Shown here one piece after another: positions 11,810 to 23,083 of a stretch of DNA of 64,000 bases. The notes beneath the pieces are model-generated. The model ran no database searches. It was not told the origin of the DNA and saw nothing but the letters and a program-made list of their open reading frames with translations. The position numbers were made by a program, and so were the translations under genes. Origin of the DNA: Selaginella moellendorffii (taxonomy: Eukaryota; Plantae; Lycopodiophyta); assembly GCF_000143415.4 (NCBI RefSeq), contig NW_003314279.1, positions 1,742,493 through 1,806,492 on the forward strand, read 5' to 3'. Every line of letters begins with the position of its first letter. Within the stretch, counting starts at the first letter, position 1.

Positions 11810-13603
11810 TTACTGGCCCTTTTCCATCTACCACATCATGCACAAGTTCACGCATGAACTCGAGTGGAGAGCCATGTCCTCTCAACACGCTACTCCTTGA
11901 GGATAGGTCCATACCTAGGACTTTGCAATTCCAATATAAGTGGTGATATACTTGGCCACCAATAAAAGGCAGACTAAGGAACAGCTCCAATACCAAATTG
12001 TAAGCGACAAATTTTTTCCATTCTACTTTAGTCACTTAACCGCACTTTCAACCACTTAGAGGAGTCTCATTCACAACCTTCATAAGTCCCTCTCAGGACT
12101 TGGGGCTTGCTAGCCCCGAGAATGGCATCCATGCCACTCAACCTTTGCACTTGGTCCAAGTGCTCCATGTGTCCGGTCCCATGACCAACACCCCAAAGCA
12201 CCACCAACATACTAGCCCGTTACGCTAGGCCATGCCCAATCACCTTGGTCACATCGGTGGTCCAACACCACTTGCATTGCAATCCCGTCTCTTCAAGGCT
12301 GGGCCATCCGTCCATGAGTGGTCATCCCAAATCCACTCCCTAGCATCCTTAGGATGCCTGCAGATATGGGGAATAACCTTTCCCAATATCTCCTTTCTGG
12401 TCCCCACCAAGTCCCTTTCTGTCCTTGGCCTTGTTCGCCAACACTGCCACTAGATCAAGGCCCACAGACCCGACCACTAAGTCCCACGGTCCTTTGGGAC
12501 TTCCTCACCGCACGACTGTATCCTTGGTCACTACACCAGAGGACTACTCCTCTTCCTTTCCACAGTCTGGGCCTTTGGGACAACATTTTGGAACACCGTG
12601 GCCTTACGCAAGCCTTGTGGGTACTCTCCCTGCCTTTTGCCTTTGGGTGCTCTAGCCATGGGCTTAAAGCGAGGTTCCATTGAGCCATGCCTGGTATCCA
12701 AGTAGGTAGTGCCACCCACACTTGGACTGGGAACATCGGCCAGTCGATCTCCCGGGGGAACTAGAGCCAGCTCTTGAACACTTCACCAAGCTACCCTGCT
12801 TGTCGGTCTGTGTTCACTCTAGTCTTGGACTTCCCAGTGGGCAGCTCATCACCCAACACTGGGTACAGCCTTCCTGGGCCAAACTGGCCTTTCCTGGCCA
12901 AACTGGCTCCACTGCAGTCCTCCCCCCTTACTATACTTTTGGAGCTCACCAAACCCCCCAAGGTTTGGGAGACGAATGCTTTGGGCTTTCACCCCCTTAG
13001 ACTCAAACTCGGACTCAGAGTCGGACTCGGATTCGGACTCGGACTCGGACTCGGACTCGGGCTTGGGCTCGGTCTTGGCCTCAGCCTCGGCCTCGGTCTC
13101 AGTTCCAATCTCGGTCTCGGTCTCGGTCTCGGTCCCGGTCTCGATCTCGACCTTGGACTCCATCTCGGGTCCTTCTCGGACTCCATCTCGGGTCCATCTC
13201 GGACTCCATCTTGGACTTCGTCTCGGTCCATCTCGGACTCCATCTCGGGTCCATCTCGGATTCCATCTCGGGTCCATCTCAGACTCCATCTCGGAATCCA
13301 TCTCGGGTCCACCTCGGACTCCATCTCGGACTCCATCTCGGACTCCGTCTCGGTCCATCTCGGACACTTCCACGTGTCATGTGTTAGTTCTTTTGGGTCC
13401 CTTTTTAGAGCCTCGCTTATTGCTCACTTCGTGCTCATTCCTCGAGCACTTTGTTGGGAGTTCCATTCCCGCTCTCGACCTTGAGTGGAGACTGAAAAAG
13501 GGTCTAACAATATTGACCTTTTGCTGTTATGGCAATAAGGAAAGAATATCCGAAAGGACTAACTAGCAGGTAACTTTTGATACCTATAGCTACATTTGCG
13601 ACA
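11810..13603 (-). mobile_element. Minus-strand LTR element remnant ('family C'): 5' LTR 13603-11999, Met-type PBS and start of the interior
   Basis: The reverse complement starts TGTCGCAAATG (B-like U3) at 13603 and ends CTTACA at 11999, followed by ATTTGGTATTGGAGC (PBS). It contains GAGTCC/GAGATG arrays at ~13000-13365. Confidence 0.8.
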
Positions 13604-14958
13604 CTGCTTTTGGTGTAGATTTTGTCTCCCAAATGGACATGTTTGGGTCCAGTGACCTTGCAAATGCATGGGTACATTTTGACCATATGGAACATGTATC
13701 AAGTTGGACAACCATAGGAGCTCATGTGTTTGATCCAAGATAATTTTTATTCTTATTATATTGAAATGGTTGTAATATTTGTGTTATCACAGGCTATATT
13801 GTAACTTGACAGTTGCAACAATAGAGTTTAAAGTACAAGACCAAACAGCCCAAGAAATATTTTGGAAGTCCCTCACCGACATTGTAGTAAAGTAGACTAG
13901 TAAGCCTACAAACTTTCACGATTTCATGGTAGATGGGGCTAGTGCAAACTAGAATAGTAACTAAGTAGCTTTTGGGAATGGTCAGCCATTGGAAGGTTAA
14001 ACATTACTATCTTAGTTTCAATCAATATTTAAGGAGTTGTACAAATAATGGCAGGTTTCACCCTCTGAAGAAGAAAGAAGTATAAAGCAAAAGCAAATGA
14101 GATTGGAATATGGTGGTGTGATGATGGTCATATGGACATAAGTTTTCTACCACAACTTGAGTTGTGGTTAAGGTGGTGGGAAGTTAGGATGTTCTAGTGC
14201 GGACATCACTCTTTTCAAGTTGGTTTCTATTTTTTATTCTCATTTTATTGCTTGTTAATATTACTTTTTCTATTAGGATCAACCACTTGAGGACTTCACA
14301 TACACCCCAACTGTGAATCTCTCTAAAAGTGAGCACTAGAGCTAGCATTCCTTTAAGGCAAAAAAAGGGAAGATAAGTCTATATAAATCCTGTCTATCAA
14401 ATTTGATATACACTATAGAGCAATCTTCAAAAGTGTTAACACTCGGGGAAGAAATATATGTGGGAACAAGGCCTTTTGTTAAAATGTTACATGATAGGAT
14501 GAAAAAATTAACTCCACCTGCCCAAACAATGGCAATTACAATTGAGGAAGTGGTCCACAACACATCTATGGAGTACACACCCTGGGCTTTTATTAGTGAT
14601 ATGAAGACTATCTACTCAAAACATCATTTTTTCTTTGCTAGTGAAGATGTTGGCATGGATGTTAGAGCAAAAACCTCTCATAAGCCTGATATTGAATACT
14701 ATTCTACTCTAAGACAACACCTTTGGATCGAGCCACTTCAAATGGGTGATGGAGAGAGTGCATCACAACAAGTTGCAATCGCTTATCAATGGGTTTATTG
14801 CTGTCTAATTGAATTCAAATAGTTATTTTGTCTATACTAGTTTATGATATTTTATGTTGCCTTTGAAGTGTTACCTTTCTATTAGACAAAATATAATGAT
14901 ATGAGTTTTATATTGGGTCTTATGAAGGTGAGTTGAAAAATGATTACTGTAATCTAGA

Positions 14959-15152
14959 TGTAAACTCCTGAGTTTGGACTTCTCAAGAGGTCACCCAGCC
15001 CAGTACTATGCAAACCCAAGGACACTTAACTCAAAGTATCCCAAAACCCTTAACCAATTGGAAAAGGAGATGCACTCTTGTTCATGGGACTTTTCCCTCT
15101 ATATTTGAACCCTATGGATCGTCTCTTGAGTTGTTCCCTTTGGTTGCTTATA
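14959..15152 (-). mobile_element. Cassandra solo LTR
   Basis: 194 bp reverse complement of the Cassandra LTR including the 5S-like core. Perfect TSD CTAGA (14954-14958 / 15153-15157). Confidence 0.92.
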
Positions 15153-15249
15153 CTAGAGCTGAAGCAATGGGCAATCAACAATATAAGATGTGTAGGGATG
15201 ATTTCAAAGGGCAAGTGTTAAGTCTGGATTGATGGTGACAAGTTTGCTT

Positions 15250-15755
15250 CTATTCCAACCCCATGTTTCTATGAGGAACAAAAGTAAGTAAGATTTTTGA
15301 GATGGTGTTGGCTATATTATTGCAACACTAATGCCAACCATATAAAGCGGCTTGAAGACACTATACTGACTAAACCTAATGCAATACCTAAAAAATGGCT
15401 GGTTGCTAATAGGGTTGCACTCACCTTAGATGAGATTGAAAACTTGCTTTCAATCTTGAGAGAAGAGTTGGAGACATGAGTGACAAAACTAGAACTGTTC
15501 CCATAGAGATGCACAAAAGGCCAACAAGAAAAGGTAAGGTAATTAAATTTATTGATACTACCTCCAAGTAGAAGTAGCGTAAAATATACTTGGCTCAAAT
15601 GCTTGAGTGTGAGATTCTCTCCACGAAGTACATCACTACACTTGAAAATGAGTACATGGTCAAAATAGAAGGTGAAGAGTACACAATTGCCATTCAAGAC
15701 TTCCCTTCTTACACATATCCAAACTTTACAAAACGTGAGGAATATGAGAAGGCAT
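15250..15755 (+). pseudogene. Possible decayed SWIM-zinc-finger gene fragment (transposon-like)
   Basis: YMVKIEGEEYTIAIQDFPSYTYPNF near 15655-15730 resembles a SWIM start (Y.V.I...PSCTCPDF) if both TGY codons mutated to TAY. It is cut by an LTR at ~15757. Confidence 0.3.
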
Positions 15756-15756
15756 A

Positions 15757-16815
15757 TGTGTGAGAGACAAAATCCCTAGGCCCCAAAGTGGAGCCGGAAG
15801 GGGGCCACATGGTAGTGGCCAAAGCGAAAGCCAAACGAGCATAACACATTTGGACTAAAAGCTTTGGTTAATTGAGAAACGGGTCTTCATGTGTGCACTT
15901 GGATAGAAGAGTATAAGAACTAAATTCCTAAATGTTATTAGTCAAATATAATTGACTTGGTTAGAGAAACTCATTTATTGGCTTGCTAGTGTTGGGAACC
16001 CCTATAATATTGAGCTTGGTCCCTTAATATTCACTAAATGATAGCTTACCATGTCGACCAAGACATTTTCACTATCATGCCCCTTATGTCGGTTCCATTT
16101 GGTCTCATTAGCTATTTATGGAAAGTGTCTAGATTTGTTAATTTAGCATATCTATGGAATATAGAAATTGTCCTAAACACAATGGTGGTTGTCCTATATC
16201 TAAATTCACAATCTAGCACCATTTTATATTTAATAAGTTTCAAATTTGTCCAACCCAAAGTGTATGGCCTATGGGGGTTCTAAATGTATAGTAGGGATAG
16301 TAGGGTAGGTTAGGCATGGCCAACTAACCTAAGGTATAGTATAACTCTTGCTTGCATGCTTATCTTTGCATTTGTCTTGAGTCTAAGCTCAAGTTCCATA
16401 CTATGTTAGCCAGTGAAGTACCCATATTCTAGCATTATACCACCAATATATTGAAATAGTGCCAAACTTTATTTGGCTTTGTTTATGTGTTGGCCTTGGA
16501 ATTGGGATGCTAAATGCTCTAGGACTGTTCCTATGTCACTCCTACTCCTGTCCATTCACTCCTTGGGCTGTATGCTCGAGAATTGTTTCATGCTCCAATT
16601 CCATCACTCCTTGGCTCTATGTTTAAAAATTTGGCTTTGTTCTTTCATTTAATGGCCCAAGGTTTTGAAACTTAGTTTCCACTCCGCTGTCCTCGGATAT
16701 GTGGTATATGTCACGTGGCATGTGACACATGGCATATGGAGGGTTTAGGTTCCACTTCATGGTTATCCTATAATAAATCATCATAGGATAAAGGGTGAAA
16801 ACCATATGAGCTACA
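15757..16815 (+). mobile_element. Family B 5' LTR (variant U3). Its interior continues in pieces at 16816-17006, 22327-23075, 25697-26363 and 46100-47172
   Basis: Ends GAGCTACA at 16815, followed by PBS TGGTATCAAAG. The body is homologous to LTRs 27727 and 37716, and the interior pieces are collinear with 32719-34860. The start position is approximate. Confidence 0.75.
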
Positions 16816-18146
16816 TTTGGTATCAAAGTATGAGTATCAACAAGTACTATTTAATGAGATTGAGCAATGAGTTTCATTGCATATGTAGAGATGTAAACAA
16901 TGATTCAAGTGGGTACATGTTTGTTTGCTATAACTTCACATTCATTTATTTTTGGTTACCTTTTCATACTAGATAGTATAAGCTTGTGCTTAGGCTCATA
17001 AGATGGTGTAAGGAACCAACTCCTCGAGGTGTCGTAGGCTAAAGGATCCCTAAAAGCATGACTGAAATGATAAAAAGTTTATCGGATGAGATCGAGTCCA
17101 AAATCGAGTCCGAGACTAACTCTGAGACCGAGTTCGAGACCTAGTCTAAATCAAGTCTAAGATCGACTCCGAGACCGAGTTCCAGACCAAGTCCGAGACT
17201 GAGTTTGAGACCCAAGTTTGAGATTCAAGATAGGGTCCGAGACCGAGTCTAAGATCAAGTCTGAGACAAAGTCCGAGGTTGGGTCTGAGATTGAGTCTAA
17301 GATCAAGTTTGAGACTAAGTTCGAGACTGAGTTCGAGACCGAGTCCGTGGTCGAATTTGAGATCGAGTCTAAATACTAATATAGGTCGTGGGGTGAAAGC
17401 CCAAAGCATGTGTCTCCTTGGGGGGGGGGGGCATAGAGGGTTCCAAAAATATAATAGGGATAGTGAGGTCCAAAGACCAGACTTGAAAGAACTCTTTAGT
17501 AGTGTTTCCAAACTGACTTAAGGTTGAAATTGGGGCTTAGGGACCTTGAGTGAGAGTGAGTATGGACTAGCGTGATGTTGGAGGGACTAGTTTTGAAGGA
17601 ACTCTTCAGTGGTGCTTCTAAACTGACTTGAGGTTAAAATTGAGGCTTAGGGGCCTTAGGTGGGAGTGAGCATGGACTGTAGAGAGTTCTAAAAATATGT
17701 TCATTTAATGGCCCAAGGTTTTGAAACTTAGTTTCCACTCTGCTGTCCTTGGATATGTGGTATATGTCACATGGCATGTGACACATGGCATATGGAGGGT
17801 TTAGGTTCCGCTTCATGGTTATCCTATAATAAATCATCATAGGATAAAAGGTGAAAACCATATGTGCTACATTTGGTATCAAAGTATGAGTCTCAACAAG
17901 TACTATCTAATGAGATTGGGCAATGAGTCTTATTGCATATGTAGAGATGTAAACAATGATTCGAGTGGGTATATGTTTGTTTGCTATAACTTTATATTCA
18001 TTTATTGGGTATTGATTTTGGTTACCTTTTCATACTAGATAATATAAGCTTGTGCTTAGGCTCATAGGATGGTGTAAGGAACTCATAGGCTAAAGGATCC
18101 CCAAAAGCATGACCGAAATGATAAAGAGTTTATCATATGAGACCGA

Positions 18147-18319
18147 TATAAGCTTCTGAATTTGGACTTCCTGGGAGGGCACCCAAGGACACTTAACCCC
18201 AAATATCCCAAGACCCTTAACCGATTGGAAAAGGGGGTGCACTCTTGTTCATGGGCCCTTTCCCTCTATATTTGAACCTCATGGATTGTCTTTTGAGTCG
18301 TTCTCTTTGGTTGCTTACA
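18147..18319 (-). mobile_element. Cassandra solo LTR with a small internal deletion, inserted in a family A LTR
   Basis: Perfect TSD ACCGA (18142-18146 / 18320-18324). It lacks the segment between two ACCCA repeats of the 5S core. Confidence 0.9.
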
Positions 18320-20137
18320 ACCGAGTCCATGATCAAGTCCAAAATTGACTCTAAAACCGAGTTCAAGACTAAGTCCGAGATCGAGTCCAAGATTGAGTCT
18401 GAGACCGAGTTCAAGACTGAGTCTAAGATCGGGTTTGAGACCGAGTCCGAGATTGAGTTTGAGGTAGAGTCCAAGGTCTTGTCCGAGATTGAGTCTGAGA
18501 TTGAGTCCGAGACCAAAGTCTGAGGTTGAGTCTGAGATTGAGTCCGAGATTGAGTCCGTGACTGAGTTCGAATACTAATATAGGTCATGGGGTGAAAGCC
18601 CAAAGTGTGTGTCTTTTGTGGCCAGCAAGCAAGTACATGGGGGAGTCAAGTGAAATGGGAAAAACCCACTGATAAAAAAGTCAAGTCTGCTAGTAGCGTG
18701 GGAAATAACATATGCTTTAATTGCAGTGAAGCAAGACATTTTTCGTGGGAATGTCCCTACCTGAAGAAGGCTAGAGTCAATATGGCCATTAAGTTGGGTG
18801 AAATTTAAATTGAGGTATGTGATTTAGTCCCTAGCTCAAAATTACTTATTACATTAGCAACTTTGGTAGAGAGTTGTTCACAACATCTACTAGCCCTCTG
18901 AGGGAAGCTTGGAGGTAGCTTTGTTAAGATCATTATTTACATGAGTGTGTTAAATAATTTTGTGGCTATAGACATAGTTCAACAAGCTGAACTAATAGTG
19001 CAGCTGCTAGGTGAACCAAGGACTATAGGTTTGTTCAAGGTAGCTAAAGCACCGATGATGTACTTTAACAAACAAGAGTCGAAATAAGGACATGGAAAGT
19101 AGACATGGATTTCACTGTGTTGAATATGGCAGGATTTGACGTGATCTTTGGGATGGATTAGTTCAATCTGTTTGTGGTAGTTTTGCATGGACAAGGTAGG
19201 AACATGTGGTACTGTCGAATGCTTGAGGAGAATAATCCAGGGTGGAGGCTTAGGATCTAAAAGTAGGTAAAGTAAGGCCAAAAACTCCTACTTAAACTTA
19301 GTGTTCGAGAGGACAACTCACTAAAGGAACCAATGTAGCATTTTTGTGTTTACTCTCGAAGGGGAGTGGAACAGAAGAAATATTGTTAGTGATCTAGTGG
19401 GTGTTAAACCAATTTTGAGATACTATGCTAGAGGAGTTATCAACTAGGTTACCCCCCACACGACTGATTGATTGAGTTAGTTGAGGGTGCTAAGACAATG
19501 GTTCGTCCCCCCTATTGGTTGAATGAAAAGGAATTTGAGGAGCTCGAAAGAGAAGACAAGTTGTGCAGAATACAATGGACCCATCTATTATAAACAGAGG
19601 AAGATATATGTTCCACAAGAGGAGTTAAGGAAAGTAGTCTTAAAAGAGTGTTATTGTGGACCTCTTGTGGGACACAGTGGAGTGCTCAAGATGATGGGTT
19701 TACTCAAGAGAAAGTATCACTAACCAGACATAGCTAAGGATGTCTAGGACTATGTAAAGATATGTCTAACATATTACCAAGTCAAAACCATGACTAATGC
19801 TAGTGGGTCTTGTTACAAAGCCTCCCAATTCCAGATCGTCCATGGAAATGTCTTACAATGGACTTCATCACAGGACTCCCCCCAAGTAAGGGGTTTAATG
19901 CAATATTTATGGTGATGGACCAGTTTTCGAAGATGGCACATTTCATACTCACCACAATGAAAGTGGATGCGGAAGGTGTGGTAAAGCTGTTCTTTGAACA
20001 AGTGGTTTGAGTGTGGGGAATGCTAGAAGAAATTTTCTCAGATCAAAATAAGATTTTCACCAGTAGGTTCAGGAGAACTCTCTTAGAACAGTATTGCACC
20101 AAGTTGAAATTCAGCATAGTTTATCACCCACAAACAA

Positions 20138-20185
20138 GTATTGGGTATTAATTCCAAGTTTGATGGCAATACCACTTCTCAACAA
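20138..20185 (+). other. Intron-like insert 1 in the integrase of the family A copy at 17007
   Basis: YHPQT A|GTATTGGG...CTTCTCAACAA|AT GGA CAA ACG. 48 nt long; the acceptor has decayed from AG to AA. Confidence 0.7.
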
Positions 20186-20601
20186 ATGGACAAACGAAAA
20201 GGGTGAATATCAGCTAGAGGATTATTGTGATACTATGTTTCTGGAAACCAGACTAATTAGGTAAGTCATTTGGAATTTGCAAAAATATGCTATAATAACT
20301 CACCACATTTAAGTATTGGGGTGAGTCCATGGGAAGTTATCAATGGACGAGCTATTGAAGGTTTTGTGGAACTTAGCGCGGCCAAATATCATGGAAAGTT
20401 ACTTGCAATGGAGGCATTCATGGCGGAAATACTCAACATTTGAAATCTAGTGAGGGATTCCTTGGAATGGGCTCAATAAAGGCAAAATAAATATATAAAC
20501 TAAAAGCGCTAGAATGTAGAGTTCCAATCTAGGAATAAGGTATGGCTGAACACCAAGAGCCTAAGGCTACCAAGAGGGATCAACCGAAAGTTGACCCAAA
20601 G

Positions 20602-20652
20602 GTAAAATGAATGTATTCCTAAAAATGAATTGATATTAAGTTCTTTAAGCAA
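20602..20652 (+). other. Intron-like insert 2 in the integrase of the family A copy at 17007
   Basis: CAA AG|GTAAAATG...TTAAGCAA|G TTC GTG GGG. 51 nt long; the acceptor has decayed from CAG to CAA. Confidence 0.72.
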
Positions 20653-21928
20653 GTTCGTGGGGCTTTATGAGATTGAGGCTCGAATTGGTAAAGTGGCTTA
20701 TTGCCTCCGGCTTCTTTGGGAGATGGGGAAGATGCACTATGTGTTCCACGTGAACTTACTCAAGCTATACTTTGATTATCCACTTCACAAGGACCAAATA
20801 AAACCTTTACTTGAGGTGATTCAAGGGGAAAAGGAATACAAAGTCGAGGCCATCCTCAATGCACACAAGAGCGAATGACAAGGATGTGAGGTGAGGGAGT
20901 TCTATATGAAGTGGAAAGGATTTCTACACTGTGAAGCAACATGGGAACTGAAGGAAAACTTAGCAAATGCGTAAGATCTAGTGGAGGAATTTTTGCAAGG
21001 TCAAACTCTATGTACTTAGACAAAATTTAATTAAAGAATCAATTTGAGAAATTGAGCAATGTCATATGTTAGGACCCAAAGGCGTGCTGAAAGTAAGCTA
21101 ATTAGCATGCTAGCTAGATTGACTAGGTGAAAAAAACTACACCCGACTCTTTGCAGGGATGTTGAATTCATAAATGTATTGTATGAAGGTTTTGTTCGAG
21201 TCCCAACCCTCTAGTAAAGCAAGGCTGGGTTCAAGTCCCAACTCTATACTAGGGTGTGGTGAGGTGAGGGGTATAGAGACACTTATATTCTATTGTCATG
21301 GGCTCTTGACTAGGGAGGCTAATTTAGGCATACTGCTAAGTGGAGGGGATGCCTCTGGAGACATGGTCAACAAATCGTAGAATTAAAAAGAGACATTCAA
21401 TGTGGGCGTCAAACTTCTTATATAGGTGAGGGAGTTGTAAGGAACCAACTCCCCGAGGTGTTGTAGGCTAAAGGATCCCCGAAAGCACGACCAAAATGAT
21501 AAAAAGTTTATCGGATGAGACCGAGTCCAAAATCAAGTCTGAGACTGACTTAGAGACTGAGTTCGAGACCAAGTCCGAGATCTGAGATCAGGTCTAAGAC
21601 CGAGTCCGAGGTCGGGTCCACGATCGAGCCTGGGATCAAGTCTGAGATCGAGTTTGAGCCCGAGTCTAAGGTCAAGTCCAAGATTGAGTCCAAGACTGAG
21701 TCCAAATACTGTGAGGTACAGGAACCAGTCTTGAAGAAACTCTTCAGTAGTGCTTCCAAACTGACTTGAAGTTGAAACTAAGATTTAGGGGCCTTAGGTA
21801 GGAGTGAACATAGACTTGGGTGGTGCCGAAGGTGCCACCCGAGGAAGTGATTCAGAGTAGCTGCCACTCCTGAAAGGGACATTGACTACAGTGCTCCCAG
21901 CTTATGTAGAGTGACGCCCCAATTAAGT

Positions 21929-22028
21929 NNNNNNNNNNNNNNNNNNNNNNNNNNNNNNNNNNNNNNNNNNNNNNNNNNNNNNNNNNNNNNNNNNNNNNNN
22001 NNNNNNNNNNNNNNNNNNNNNNNNNNNN
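21929..22028. other. Assembly gap (100 N)
   Basis: Run of N. Confidence 1.
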
Positions 22029-23083
22029 GGATGTTAGAAACCTGAAGGCTTGGTGTGCTTAGTTACTTGTGCTTGTGGGGAGTGTAGCCAAACCTTAAGT
22101 TTAATGTAACCTGGGAGGTGGATTATGAAAGAATTTGAGAATCTGTGGATGGATGGTTAATACTTCATTATTTGCACAGTGAGTTGCTGAAACTAAATAG
22201 GACAAAGTAGGAACTAGAACAATAGGTAGGAACTTTGGCAAGGGAATTTAATTAAGGCTAAGGTTGTGGCTGGATAGATGAAGTAAGCTAGAAAATTAAA
22301 AAGAAAAATTTATAACTTAGAGATGGATGTGAAATGTACCATTTGCACAAGTCACTTAGGCTTATGAGTGAGGCACATTAGCAACTCAAGGTTACACTTT
22401 GAGTTGGCAAAATTAATGTTAGCATATCGGTGGTTACATGAGTTATTCCATGTTACCATGGGTAAAAGTAAACTTTCCATGGGTTACTATAAGTGGCAAA
22501 TAAGTTGGTTTGTAGCTATTTAGCATGACACTAGTGGATCCTTCCTAAGCATGATTATAAGTGGATCAATAAAGACTGTAGGGATTAGCCTGTTGATTCA
22601 AGTAATCATTACCATGCTCTCTCATAAACTTTTTATAGACTGAGGTAGTGCTAATGCAAGTTTGAGGTTTAGTCAAGTTGAGTCCGAAAAGAGAGTTGTC
22701 AGAGACGAAGGATCAAACATGTAAATCATTTTCTCTTCTTTGAGATATGATTTGGCAATGAAGTGTGATTTTATTACTTGTGTTCACATTATGGAATCAA
22801 GAGTCCCTACCTTGATGTATACTGATTATGATAGTTTTACAAGTGGTGAGTCATGGAATGGATAGTGGTGAAGTGCTAAATTATTTTATCTAGACTTGTT
22901 ATTAAAAATTTGAGTTACAATGCTCATTTTTTTTCTACGGAACCTTGCTATTGCTCCTTGGATAACTTAGTGTTAGATTAGTTATAAGTTTGTTCAAAAA
23001 GAGAGTGGCATAAACTTGTCCATATTGTGAACGAAGTTAGCGGTGTTGAGTGTTGCAAATCTCTATTGATAGGGTATATACTA

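Larger units (their letters stand above)
17007..22321 (+). mobile_element. Family A chromovirus, internally deleted (knuckle, protease, integrase with two intron-like inserts, chromodomain; RT/RH lost)
   Basis: LTR starts TGTAAGGAAC at 17007 (duplicated at 18073). The 3' LTR is 21436-22321. TSD GATGG at 17002-17006, 18068-18072 and 22322-22326. Motifs: [39 protein letters not shown]. Confidence 0.88.

Noticed and set aside
12774-13566. Long ORFs (236, 196, 174 aa) with SDSDS/LGLGL/ESESE runs, and similar ORFs at 17.1, 18.2, 21.5, 27.0 and 28.6 kb
   Set aside because: They are by-products of stop-poor hexamer arrays in LTRs and are open in several frames on both strands.
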